A DNA stretch of 64,000 nt. It comes from Octopus bimaculoides (taxonomy: Eukaryota). The position numbers and the translations under genes were made by a program. This document shows positions 12,240 to 24,745 of the stretch, piece by piece. Each line of letters starts with the position of its first letter. Within the stretch, counting starts at the first letter, position 1. The stretch spans positions 45,087,422 to 45,151,421 of the forward strand of contig NC_068998.1 of the NCBI RefSeq assembly GCF_001194135.2, read 5' to 3'. The notes under the pieces are model-generated. The model searched no databases. It was not told the DNA's origin and saw only the letters and a program-made list of their open reading frames with translations.

Positions 12240-12445
12240 CATCACCAGTTGGTTACCATTGCATTTTAAATCAGTTCTCTTGATTACCAAGCTATTAGAG
12301 ATCTATTCTGTTGTCTACTACTGTTATAAATATGTTCAATGTTACCACTGTACTATAGATGTCTTCAATCATTTACTACTGTTACAGATATGTTCAGTAG
12401 TTAGCCCTGAGTTACAGACTTATATAGTTAACTTATCAGCATTAA
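12240..12445. repeat. Degenerate ~29-31-bp minisatellite of the same family as 9929-10135
   Basis: Units such as gagatctattctgttgtctactactgtta and taaatatgttcaatgttaccactgtacta. Confidence 0.6.
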
Positions 12446-12742
12446 AAATAATACTTTATTTCACATATTTTCTATCTGTGGAGGAACAATCTGTTCAGGA
12501 AAATTTTGAGTTGGAGTTGTGTAATATTTGAAATACTAAAAAGAAAATATTCTTATCTTTCTTTATACTCCAAGTATGGTCAAACATGATTATTAAAAAT
12601 AGTGAGGTGAAACTTCCCTCAATATAATTGTATATATAGTTTGAAATGTTTTCAAGTTTTATATCAACTTTTTATGTTATTATAGATGAGTTAGATCATT
12701 CTTTTTGAATGGGACAGCCTTCAAACTCAAGACCCTCACACA

Positions 12743-13198
12743 TTGACCCTTTAGCAATCAGATTACTCTGTCAGATGTAATGCTTAACTATTCGCATTGT
12801 TTTGAATTAATCATACATTATCTCATAGCTTTCAGATTTTGATGGAGTGATTGTTTATTTTTGAGAATGACATTGTAGTATAGGTGTGAGAAGCCAGATA
12901 TGGTCAGTTGAAGATTAAACCTTTAACATTCAAATTATTCTGTCAAGTGTAATGCTTTTTTATTCACATTGTTTTTAATTAATCATGCATTATTTTGTAG
13001 CTTCAAAATTTTGATGATGTGATAGTATATTTTAGAATGGCATTAAAGAATAGATGTGATATACTGGATCTGGTTGGTTAGAACATAAAATAAGTACCTT
13101 ATTTGGGACCGATATGGCCAGTTTAAATGCTAAAAGGTTAAATAGGTAGAATATCTTGGCCGGATACGGCCAGTTTGGTTTCAATGCCAAAGGGTTAA
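12743..13198. mobile_element. Tandem or compound copies of a piggyBac-type MITE (TTAA-CCCTTTAGCATT ends)
   Basis: A truncated copy (12743-12914), a full copy (12915-13141) and an extra right end (13142-13198, ending aatgccaaagggttaa). The same family occurs at 43981 and 56903. Confidence 0.75.
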
Positions 13199-14010
13199 AG
13201 TAATAATGGGACTTGAATTTGTCATTAATTGAGCAGAGTGAAGTAAGAGATATGTGACTTGCCTAGGAATACAAGACGATGATACTATAGTAAAGTTTGA
13301 CCTCACTACTATGTAGTCATGGGCAAACACTATTTCAAGTCATGTAAATTTTTTTTCCCAAAACCTATGGGCTGTTGACTTAGTCATGCTAAGAATATTA
13401 GTCATAAATCTAACTTTGAATAAGTTGCTGGATTATTTCAAGTAAAATTCAAGAATTCTATACATATTTTCTACAGGTTGTTGAACCCAAAATTTTGTTA
13501 TTCTAAAGTGAACTACCAAGCAAAATATACCAGTTCAAATACATTGAATATTGTTGCATAAACTTTAGGTTGTCAAATACCAATGTTATTTGCTTGACTG
13601 TTTTCTTCTATAAAATAACAGTATCTGTACATAGAGGTGAATGCAACAACTTATTCCTTAAATTCAATTTTAATTTGTTATCTCTAAACAGAAAGTCAAT
13701 AACTGAAATTGAGTGAATTGAATAAAAATCCTTACTATTGGTCACAAGTTTATTCCAATAGAATTTGAACTCACAACATTGAATGACTAAACAAAGCAGC
13801 TAATGGTTTAACATTTTACAGTTCTTAACCATAACCATTCCCAAATGGAATATGAGGAACAATAGGATTAATAATATCATTTGTACAAATAATTTACAAA
13901 TGTCAAGTAGTCTGATAAACAGAAAAGGCCCAGCAAATAGAAATATCTTGTAAACATCTCAAATAAGCTAATGACGGAAAACGAAACTCTCTGTCTGTCT
14001 ATGTGTGTAT

Positions 14011-14016
<6 letters not shown>

Positions 14017-14066
<50 letters not shown>

Positions 14067-14305
14067 NNNNNNNNNNNNNNNNNNNNNNNNNNNNNNNNNN
14101 NNNNNNNNNNNNNNNNNNNNNNNNNNNNNNNNNNNNNNNNNNNNNNNNNNNNNNNNNNNNNNNNNNNNNNNNNNNNNNNNNNNNNNNNNNNNNNNNNNNN
14201 NNNNNNNNNNNNNNNNNNNNNNNNNNNNNNNNNNNNNNNNNNNNNNNNNNNNNNNNNNNNNNNNNNNNNNNNNNNNNNNNNNNNNNNNNNNNNNNNNNNN
14301 NNNNN

Positions 14306-14359
<54 letters not shown>
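14017..14359. repeat. (TA)n array spanning an assembly gap
   Basis: TA repeats on both sides of the N run at 14067-14305. Confidence 0.95.
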
Positions 14360-14363
<4 letters not shown>

Positions 14364-14835
14364 TTAACTCAAAAGAATAATTTTTGTCTTAGAGTTATCT
14401 CTTGCATGTTTATCATGAAATTAAAGTAATAAAAAGTTGTAAGTAAATAAAGAAAAAAACTGAAATTAAATTAAAAAGAATTTTTTAAAATACACTAGAC
14501 TAATTTGTCTGCAGATATTTTGGCTATTAGAAGTGATGCATATTATGTCATCAGAATCCATATGTTGATCCTGGGCAATCTATCTTGGTTTTGTTCCTTC
14601 TTTCTCACTTGCTCTCTCTCTTTCCTCAATTTGTTGTACATATCTTTTTTTTTTTTTTTTNNNNNNNNNNNNNNNNNNNNNNNNNNNNNNNNNNNNNNNN
14701 NNNNNNNTCACCTTTGTATGGGGAGGCACATATACACCATAATTGTACACATACACTGTGCATGTGTGTGTGTATACACTCATATACATTTGTATGTATG
14801 CTTGCATCTATGTATGTATATATATATATATATAT

Positions 14836-14870
<35 letters not shown>

Positions 14871-16458
14871 TGTGTGTGTGTATGTATGTATATACATGTG
14901 TGTTTGTATATATGTATGTATGTATGTATGATCACTGGCATGGGTGACCATTACATGGAAACAGTCTTGCACAAATAAATACATACTCACTTCATGCATG
15001 CACAAATACAGGTGTTGAAAGAAGCATGTGCACCACCTGTGGATGCATGCAGAAATGCATAATATACATATATGCACACATGTAAATTCAAATATTTTGA
15101 TGCATGCACATACACGCTTTGAATAATTGATTTGCATATTGCACACACGCGTATAAATTCAGTTATAGATATATATATGCATACAAATACATCCACCCAC
15201 ACGTACATCATAATATTCTATTTCTCCACACACACATATGCACACATGTGTGCACACATGCATATATAAACATATGCACATATTGCAGAGGTGCATGATG
15301 AAAATTCTTCTATTTATTAAACCTTATCACCTGTCAGTTCCTATTTGTTCCTCCCTCCATCTCTGCTCTATCAGTAAACCTGCCTGCCTGACTGTCTGTC
15401 TGTCTATTCTTTACTTTGCTTTCCCCATAGCTTTCTATCTTTTGCTTCTGCCTTCACAGTTCCCTCCCCCACCACTCGTCTCTGAGCTAGGATTCTGTGA
15501 TAACACCAAACACTTTGTATATTTTTCCCCCCCGCTACACCAACCTGATGCACTACTATTCCGGACACCTCTGAATACATATATACTCTCACATACAAGC
15601 CATACATTTACACACACACACACACACATGCAGGAACACATACACTTCCTTCTTATGGATGCTACTATAAAAATCACCAGTACTACCAATTTTTGTATGA
15701 AAGACTACTTTTACTGAAGCAACTTGATGCTTCTCTTCTCATTCTTTCTTTCATTCCCTGTATATTTTCATTCTGTATTTTACGCACTCTTTCTCTCTCT
15801 CTCTCTTCTCCAGCCCCACACACAAATATTCTTCCCCATCAGTTTTTCTCTCTTCCTTCATTACACATTGTACACTTTCTTTCCATCTTTCAAGCAGTCA
15901 CTTTCTTCTTCTCTCACTCACTCTTTCTCTCTCGTCTTTCCCTCTGATTTTTTTTTACTCCTCTCTTTCATCGTCTTTCCTTCGATATAATCTGACTTCA
16001 TTCTTTCATTTGTTTTTCGTTCTCCTCCTCGCTTCTTCCGCATACATTTTCTAAGTGTGAGCGTAAACTAATCTCTTCAAACCATAGTCCACTATAAATC
16101 TTCATGTAAGCAATTCAGCGACTCCTCTCATTACACATGTGCATCCACAGATTGCCATGCAAGCACAGAGCCTGACACCAGTGTTATAACTCTCCAGAGT
16201 AGATACAGCACTGAGTCCTATAATCAAAGTATTTCACACATACACAGTTTTCCTTTGTTGAATCACAACAGTAATTTGTGGTAGAAGCCAACCAGCTAAC
16301 CAGCTACTGGCTAAACAGCCAGCATCAGTTGTAATGAAGAAAGATTGTAAGAAAGTAACAGGTATCTGACTGAAGCAAGGAAGCTGCCACTGTTGAGGTG
16401 ATACAAGTGGGTTGAGTCTGTGTTTAACCACCTGGTCAACATCTTTCTCTGGCTGTTG

Positions 16459-16468
16459 CCACTGCTGC

Positions 16469-16501
<33 letters not shown>

Positions 16502-16506
16502 TGCCA
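16459..16506. repeat. (CTG/TTG)n trinucleotide repeat
   Basis: gccactgctgctgctgttgttgctgctgctgctgctgctgctgctgcca. No ATG-initiated long frame runs through it on the + strand. Confidence 0.9.
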
Positions 16507-16916
16507 GTGTCACTGCTGCTGTCATAGTAGTTGTTGCCACAGCTGTTCCTTCTGCTCCACTGCTACTGCTGCAACTCATCTTTGCTTATTATCAGTGTGG
16601 TTGCCACCACCAATGTTTCTATAACTGTAGCTGTCACCACCACTTCAATAACATCACTGCTTTGTCTCAGTCAAAAAAAAAAAAAAGAAAAAGAAAGAAA
16701 AAACCCTAGCACTCCTGAACATCTCTGCTAACAAGATAACAAGCAACATCCCTATCCCTTTCCCCCCATCACTATCATTATCACCCTTTCTTTCTTCATC
16801 ACTAATATTCTACTCATTATCACCCCTAACACTACTGTTGCTGGTACTTTGTTACATCAGTGCTAATCACACTAGAAGCTGTCGGGTGAGGCATCTCTGC
16901 TCCCTTTATTTCTCAG

Positions 16917-17084
16917 CTTTCTTGCCTATGTGTGTTACGCACATGAGCAGGTTTTGCCACCATCGTCGATCTGGTTGCTGTACCTTGTCCAGATATCCTT
17001 CCAAGACCGGCCGTATGTTTCGAATGATTTTATACCAGCTTTTTCCACCACTGAGAAAGCATTTACTTTTCGCAAGAGAAAAAC
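16917..17084 (+). CDS. Candidate host-gene coding exon (likely first coding exon); product unrecognised
   Basis: Open frame FLPMCVTHMSRFCHHRRSGCCTLSRYPSKTGRMFRMILYQLFPPLRKHLLFAREK ending at a consensus donor AAC|GTAAGT (17085, phase 1). An optional acceptor tttatttctcag| lies at 16916. There are about 9 CpGs in 230 nt against a CpG-poor background. Two minus-strand frames are also open, so the strand is uncertain. Confidence 0.4.
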
Positions 17085-19235
17085 GTAAGTAACTGAAAGA
17101 AAAAAACACAACAACAACAACAACAACAACATCAACAAAAGTATAACAATAACAAATATTAAGAATTAATGTTTTAAGAGAGGCAATAAAAAAAACAACA
17201 TTCTGTGAAATGTATATAAGATCTTGTGACAAACATAAGTGACATCATTTGACAGTCTAGTACTCAGTTGAAAATTTCAATACGGTGTTGAAATTTTTAA
17301 CATACATTCAAATGAAAATGTTTGTGCATGTGTATAATTATGTATGCACATGTATTTGTATGTGGCGGTGAAATTGACATATACAAATACTTGTGCATAC
17401 ATATATGTGTACCCATTTATGTATGTACATAGATACATTGATGTACACATAAATTCTCAAATTATGTATACATTTTTGAATCCAAGCATACATATGTTGC
17501 ATAAATATATGAATAAACATATACATGCATGCATTTGTGTATATTCATACAGGCTTGTATATGTGTTGCATAAATAGATACAGCTGTGTGGATGTATATG
17601 TGCAATTATTGATAAATCATTGTTTATCTTGCAAGTTACTGAACATTATAATAGTATAAACATGAAAAAAAAAACAAACAACAATTACAACAGAGAAATA
17701 CAAGAGATCCATAATCTACCAACGTACTATACATTTGCAGTGCAAAACATGCATGATGCATCAGTTGTTTTTAATGTGCACCAAATTTAAATAAACTGAT
17801 GAATATCCCTATGAGATGTAAATATGATCACTTTTCAAAGAAATCCCTCACCACTAAAAATAAAAATACCTAAATATCTGTAAAAAATTCATTTATTCTT
17901 AAATACAACTATCCATTAATAACAGAATAAGAAATTGTTTTTTTTTTTTCATTTCATTTTATTTTATTTTATTTTTATTCGTTTTTTTTTTAATTGTTCC
18001 CTGTTTGCAATTAATATTTTCCCCTCTCTTGATTTCTTCTTTTGGTTTAATGTTCACGCTGTTTTCTCATTTTTCAAATTAATTTTACCATCTAATCAAG
18101 TAGCCTTCTCTTTTCTTCCATCTTTCCAATTTTATTTATTTATTTATCTATTTATTTATTAATCTATTTGTTGTTGCTTTCTTTGGCTTTTTGTTTCTCC
18201 CTCTGTCATTCATTGTTAATGTGTTCTTTGCAATTATTTAATATATTCTGCATTGTTTATTTTTTAAAAAATCATTTTTCTGAAATCTTTTGATCCATTT
18301 CTATACAGTTTATTCCCCAATCATCATCATCACCATTGGTAGAATCATTACCACTTACACAGTTTACCTGCAATATTGATAAGGTTGTTTTTGTTGTTGT
18401 CCAACATTTTCTTGCACATAATATCTGCATAATATCTTTGTTTTTTTTCTTTTGTTTGTTTGTTTTTATAATTCAACTCAAACATTGAAAATTAAAAATC
18501 AATTACATTTTTAAAAATTGAAATCAATTGTGTGTGTGTGTGTGCTTGAATGAATGAATGAATGAATATGTATGTGTATACATGCACACACACACACTCA
18601 AAGACACACACATATATATGCATGTGTTCATGTGTGTGTTTATATCTATGTGTAAATATGTTTACATGTGTTTATATAAACATGTACGCATAACAACTCC
18701 ATCCTTTAGACACAATGTATATTGTTGTCAAGCTGATTTCTCCACACAAGACATAGTCAGGATTTTTGCTCTTCTATACACAAAATACCATTTGACATGA
18801 TGTAACAGTATAACCAGCTAATTTAATAACTTGTTTTAGTGCAATGTCTACCTAAATACAAAAACTGTGTCGTCATATATCTATGTATTTTTGTACATGT
18901 ATGTCTTTGTGATTTTCTGTTTCCTAATATATCTGAATTTGCATATTTATAATAACAGCAGGACCCATAGAAATTTCACATTTATTGATGTTCTTAATGA
19001 TATTTTGTTGCATAAATTCCTAAATCTTCAAAACATTGTTTTACTATGTTTTAGATTTCAGTTGCTTTCCGTTTTGTTCCATAGTTAAGGTTGTTGAAAG
19101 TGTAACACTCACATTTTGTTTTGTTATGTTCAAGTCTTCAACTGTGTCCTCAATTTTGTTCCATTGTCATAGTTGTTATAAGTATAATGCTTGAATTCTT
19201 GAATTCGTGCTGTGACAATAATTACATATGCATAC

Positions 19236-19272
<37 letters not shown>

Positions 19273-19536
19273 TGCATGCATGTGTGCATGTGTGTGTGTG
19301 TGTATATATGTGTCTGTGCATATATGTGTGTGTGTGCATATATATATATTGTGTGTGTGTCTGTGTGTGTATATATGTGAATGTATGTGCATTTATATGT
19401 TGCTTTACCTCAGGTCAGCTCAGACCAAGCAGACCTATAAACAAATATGTTCTAGCTGTGACAATCCTTTTCAGGCCTAGTGCATCTGGGTTGTATTATT
19501 CCTCATGTTTTCATACATATTCAGGTATATGTATAT

Positions 19537-19573
<37 letters not shown>

Positions 19574-19949
19574 GTAGTATGTGTTTTGTGTGAGTGATGT
19601 TTGTTGCATAAATCTGAATAGTGCCAGTGTATATACAGTTATAATAAATTTTGATCATATACTTGTAACTGTTGTCATTCATTGCTTGTTTAGTTTAAAC
19701 TACTTGTATCTTTAACACACAACCAGTTGGCAATTCAATATAACATACAACAAAATGAATTTTTTGAAAATGAAAACTAAATTGAAGACAAATACATGCA
19801 ATAAATCCTAACCTTTAATTTTCGTAAACAACTTATTTTGATTTGTTCCCCCTGCCCTCCTCTATTTGTTGAAGCTGATATTATTGTCCTAGCAATGTCC
19901 TTGCAAACATCTATTTGTTTCCTCATGTCAACTTAAAGATTTATATCTA

Positions 19950-20235
19950 ATTAATAAATCTTCCTTTAACTTCAACATTTGGAGTGTTGCCGTTAGACTA
20001 GGCAATAGTGCAACCAACAAATCTTCAGCTTGTATCTCAGCTCTATTCTATCTATGTAGAGGTTGGATGCATACCCAAGTAAATAAGATATTGGACTACC
20101 TATTCATAGGTAATGAGTTCAAATCTACTGCAGGTGTTTATTCGCATTATAAAATTTAAAAAATATCCATAGTCCAATATTGTTCGGATTACCAAAATCA
20201 TGGAAATGGCACTGGATCATCACCTAAGAGACCTA
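19950..20235 (+). mobile_element. Decayed LINE RT fragment (RTE-like)
   Basis: TAGV....KIMEMALDHH, resembling GVRQGC.LSP.LFNI.LE.IM..AL. Highly degenerate. Confidence 0.4.
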
Positions 20236-20649
20236 CTTATAAACGACTTGAATTCTATCCAGAGTACATTTCTTTTGAATTTCGTTGATTCCTTTTGTTT
20301 TCTTCTAAAATTATGCATTCACTTCTTAATCTTTAAAGGTTTAAAAAGTGGTTTTATTTTATTCTATTCATGTCTGTAGCTATTTTCTTCTAAGCTGTTT
20401 TTAGTCTCTCTCTCAATTGGTTATGGATAAGTAATACAGGGAAATACTTGATGTTGGAAATCAGAGAACTGTTTAATTTGTGATTTATTAGCAGTTCTCA
20501 GTTCTAGTTCTACCGTAAGAGATTGGAAAGAGAAACTGCACTTGATTAACTTGTCCTAAACACTGTATGTAATGACAGTCTTTTAAGTGGTCTCCTAAGG
20601 AACTGATTAGGTATATTATCATTGCTTGTGTACAAAGTGTGATGTTGCA

Positions 20650-20910
20650 CGAGCATTTAAGGCAGAGGATGCAAGAAGTCTGGAAATAAATAAGGCAAAC
20701 ATACTCTACTTAGTGTATAAAGTTTGTGTGTATGAACATTGGAACGCAAATGGACAAAACAAGGCATGAAAGATGTAGCAAGCAAGAGAGAAGAGTGAGT
20801 TGGTGCAAGCACATGATGTGCATGGAAGATGATAATTGCATAAAGAATTACCAAACAAGCCATTTCGAAGGAACTAGTGGGAAAAGAAATCCAAGGAATT
20901 GAGTAAAAAC
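20650..20910 (+). mobile_element. Decayed RTE LINE 3' coding end
   Basis: RVSWCKHMMCMEDDNCIKNYQTSHFEGTSGKRNPR, resembling RLRWFGHVMRMEDDNCVK....EG.RGRGRPR. Confidence 0.55.
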
Positions 20911-21784
20911 CTTAATCCTACATTAATTCAGAGTACCGAACTCATGGAAATAGCACCACCAACTCAACACTTGGGAAAGATATTTGCAATAGACTGGCAT
21001 CCTATCTATAGGATGCCTATCTTTTATTTCTTTGTTGTTGTTGTTTTTGTTTTTTTGTTCTTTTGGATGTTGTTTTTCTGGAGCTACGCATTAACAATTT
21101 TAGCCCCTAGGGACTCGGCGGGAAAAGGGGGGGGGGTATTTTACCTGAAATCAACTCTTACCATATATGAAGTGGTGAAAAGTTGTCTCTGGAGGATGCA
21201 CCTCATAAAGTAGATGACAAAAGAATCCAAAAAATGACAAATTGTTGTAGTGGAGAAGGCCTGTCAATATATGCGAACTTGGAAAAACAGATGCCAAATA
21301 CTGACAATGATATATTATTGCAAGTATTGTTGTTGATATAACTAGAGTTTGATATTATTGTTGTTGATATAAGGAGAGCAAAATGGAGGGCTTCATGGCT
21401 TAGTCAGCATTTCATGCATCTTGTCTTAATTCCTCTAAATGTCAAATTTGACTTTCAACCATCTGAAATTGTGAAGTACCAGTGATATGATGAGGTTTTG
21501 AAGCAATCATTTCTACTCATCTCATTTATGAAAAGGATATAAACCTTAAGAAAACAATGAAATTCACAAAATTTGCCATTAATGAAATCTATGGCCCAGT
21601 TTACATTCTGTGTTAACTCCATTTCAGTTATGTTATGGTTTTTGAGAAAGTTATGTATAGTGGAACTTCTCAATTTAACATTTCTCTAAAAATCTGTGTC
21701 ACTATATACTTCTGTGTTGTTATTTATTCGAACAACTATATCTTACATTGCTACTGTTGTCATTGTTATTGTTTGTGTTTCATG

Positions 21785-21995
21785 TTGTTTACTTCAGGTC
21801 AGTTTTGATTAAGTATACTCTTGATTACAGATATTCCATTCATTACCATCTTTTTTTCAGATATTCTGTAGTTAGGAACACATCACTCAATATATCCTTC
21901 CTTTTTTTAAGATAGTAGAGTGTAATTTAGAGTAGATTTGGTTGTGATTTTTAACAGTTCAATCAATCATATAAGGTTTCCTCAATGGTTTACAA
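21785..21995 (+). mobile_element. Dispersed SINE-like repeat (family D)
   Basis: ttgtttacttcaggtcagttttgatt..gtgtaatttagagtagatttggttgtgattttt. Related pieces lie near 19400-19460, 32855-32990 and 50920-51040, and reversed near 24140-24210 and 40660-40700. Confidence 0.5.
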
Positions 21996-22464
21996 TTTAG
22001 GATGTATTTTGCTGAAAAGAAATATTATTTTAATAATTCTTCTCCTCCTGTGTAAACTGTTACATTAATTTTCAAAATGCGGGGAGTTTTTTCCAAATAT
22101 TTTGTTCTTTTACCAAATCCAATCCTTTGCATATATTTGGAATAACATTGAATTAATCTTGTTCTAGCAGCTAGTCATGATCACTTATTATTTCTCAAAT
22201 TAATCACAGCAATTTTTTGAACAACCATAACAGCAATTTTATAATAAAAACAGAAACCTAGGTTTTTAATGAAATATTATTAGCATCCTCTTTCCTAATT
22301 GGTCTATCTCCTATTTCCACTATTACTTAGAAGTGTCTTAACCTTTTTGATATCAATCTACCTGTGATTGTCAATGGTTTTATTATACAAATTTTATGTT
22401 TAAAGAGAACTGAATTAAAACTTTGTATGTAAAGTTCATATTAATTAATGTTCCAAACAGTAGC

Positions 22465-22694
22465 TTAACTCTTTTGCTACCAAATTTCCGTTGGAATACA
22501 CTTCCTTCGTTTCAGGTAATTTTGAAAATAATGAAAAATTTAGTTAAACAACTTTGTTGTTATTATGCTAGAGTTTGGAACATAAGTTTACAGGAAATTT
22601 TGAAGGAACATTTAAATTTAAATCACCTTAAAACAGGAAGTCCATAACATAAAACCAGGGGTGGTCTTGGTCGGTTTGGTATCTGAAGAGTTAA
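22465..22694. mobile_element. piggyBac-like MITE, second family
   Basis: Ends ttaactcttttgctaccaaa and tttggtatctgaagagttaa form imperfect TIRs bounded by TTAA. Confidence 0.6.
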
Positions 22695-23184
22695 TAAAAG
22701 TTATATTATGAAATTCTTTATTATTTTCAAAATTAATTGAAATAAAGATAATGTATTTTAACAGAAATATGGTAATATAAAGTTAATGTATATACAAATT
22801 AATGGAGCACAAAACAAAGAAATTTGCTCGGATCTTTTTTTTTTTTTTTTTAATTGGTTTAACTGAATATAGTAACTGGTATTCTTTGGCTTTTGTTTGT
22901 CTTACTGGATATATGATATTTATATCTGGTGTTACAAAGTATATTTTCAGGAACAAATATTTTAATCACACTCTATATCTTTGGTGATATCTTTACTTTA
23001 TTCTCACTCTCACTTTCTCTTCATTGTGAATAGCCATGTAGCTCCTCTACAACAAGAGCCTACTCTGCTCCAACCTCTTCTCTCATACCTTACCTCCTTA
23101 GCCCCCCCCCCCATCTAACATACAGAAGCAATATCCTCCCTCCTTGGGTTTGTTGACTTGCAAACTATGTGGTGACATCAATAG

Positions 23185-23400
23185 CTCTAGTGGCACGAAA
23201 AATGCACCCTCCACAAAGTGGTTGGCATTAGGAAGGGCATCCAGCTGTAGAAACCAGGCCAAAGCAGACACTGGAATACAATGCAGTCCTTGACTCATTG
23301 GTTCTTTGTCAAACTATCCAATCCATGCCATCATGAAACATGGATGTTAAATGATGATGATGATGACAATGACGACGATGAAGATGATGATGATGACAAC
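23185..23400 (+). mobile_element. SINE or LINE-tail repeat ending in (ATG)n
   Basis: aaagtggttggcattaggaagggcatccagctgtagaaacc..catggatgttaaatgatgatgatg. The same family occurs at 36685 and 36900. Confidence 0.7.
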
Positions 23401-24220
23401 GATAGCAATAAATACAAATGAATGTGAATCAAAAGTATATTTATCATGTCAACAGCCCTGGAAATCATTCCTTTTAGGATGTGATATCCTCTTGGATATA
23501 TTTGGTGGTAACACTTTCCTAAATGATTTAACCCTAATGTGGCAATACCATAACTACAATGCACAACCTTTTTTTTTTATGCATATGTTCAAAATCCCAA
23601 TACTTTAATAATTGAATTTTATTTATATTTACTTCAAGAAAGAAAAATATTATCTTAACTTTCTATCAACAGAAACTTCAACATATTGTAAACCTTCTTC
23701 AAAGAAGCATATATCTTTCACAACAAACTGTTTGAAATCATTTTCTTACTTTTTGTTTATTTTTTGTCTTTTCTCTTGGAATTTTAATATTCATGGAGAT
23801 ATATTATATTTTCAAAGTAGAAAATATCGAAGATTCTTTAAACTCTTTTGCAAATCAATAAAATGTGAATAATATATATTCTGAATAGATTTACACTGAT
23901 TATTTTTTAACTCTTAAATAATATAGTGACATGGGAATTAGCCAGAATGAAGTTGCTTGTTCAAATTGTTTAAATGATTTTTGAAAACTCAAAATGTCAA
24001 TTCAAGTAAATATACATGCACACAATACACAGGATACTTCCTCTGTATATTTGTGTCGTTATATTGAATAGAATTGCACAAAAGGATTGTGTTTACAATG
24101 CCAATAAAAATCCAGTCAGGACATCACTTCACTCACTGTCAAGGGGGATTGTATGATCCTTCAAGCTGCTAAAAATAGCAGTCAAATCTCATATGTCAGA
24201 CCTTACTCTCAGAAAAAAAA

Positions 24221-24440
24221 ATATGAGCAAGACACTTTATTTCATGTTGCTTCAGTCCACTCAGCTGGGAAAAATAGGTAGTACCTGTAATTCACATTCT
24301 GTACCGTGCTAAATCTCCATGAGAACTACATTAAGGGTACACGTGTCTGTGGTGCACTCAGCCACTTGCATGTTAATTTCACAAGTAAGTTGTTCCATTG
24401 ACTGGATCAATTGGAGCTCTCATTATTATAACTGATGGAG
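24221..24440 (+). mobile_element. 5'-truncated CORE-like SINE with family B tail
   Basis: gagcaagacactttatttcatgttgcttcagtccactcagctgg (CORE-like) joined to gagaactacattaagggtacacgtgtctgtgg. Confidence 0.75.
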
Positions 24441-24544
24441 TGTCAGTTTTATATATTCCCCCATCCTTCTCTAATTCCCTTTTTCTCCCCTTCACCATTT
24501 TCTATCTGTCTCTCTCTCCCCTCTTTCTCTTTGACTCTCCCTCG

Positions 24545-24745
24545 TTACTCATATGGGACCATCGTGTGGCATGGTGCAGAGTCCTATTACCAGACATAGG
24601 ATCTTCCAGCAGCCACCCTCTTGATCCAGGGCAGCAGTACCTCCTCCAGGAACTTGATATAGGCCTCTGTGTTGAGTCTGAGGCTGTGTGTGAAGATGAA
24701 TGGAGGCATAACGTCACCATCACTAGTGATCACCATAAGCACTTT
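24545..24745 (-). mobile_element. Second DD37D transposase fragment, running into an assembly gap
   Basis: Minus-strand MVITSDGDVMPPFIFTHSLRLNTEAYIKFLEEVLLPWIKRVAAGRSYVW**DSAPCH matches the transposase of 8462-9438. Confidence 0.85.

Noticed and set aside
13971-14429. ORFs of 119-152 aa rich in YI and X
   Set aside because: Translation of (TA)n plus an N gap.
14515-14660. Strong + acceptor (ctaatttgtctgcag) with an open frame DILAIRSDAYYVIR..
   Set aside because: No convincing donor, it runs into poly-T and a gap, and no homology was recognised.
16412-16624. Poly-Cys ORF resembling a metallothionein or keratin-associated protein; poly-Gln and poly-Ala in other frames
   Set aside because: It is a (CTG)n translation starting at TTG, and the poly-Gln frame is preceded by a stop.
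16906-17092. Myb/SANT-like look of both minus-strand peptides (YGRSWKDI; W..I...RWW.NL)
   Set aside because: The spacing does not fit and the helix-3 match is incomplete, so no domain or gene name is assigned.
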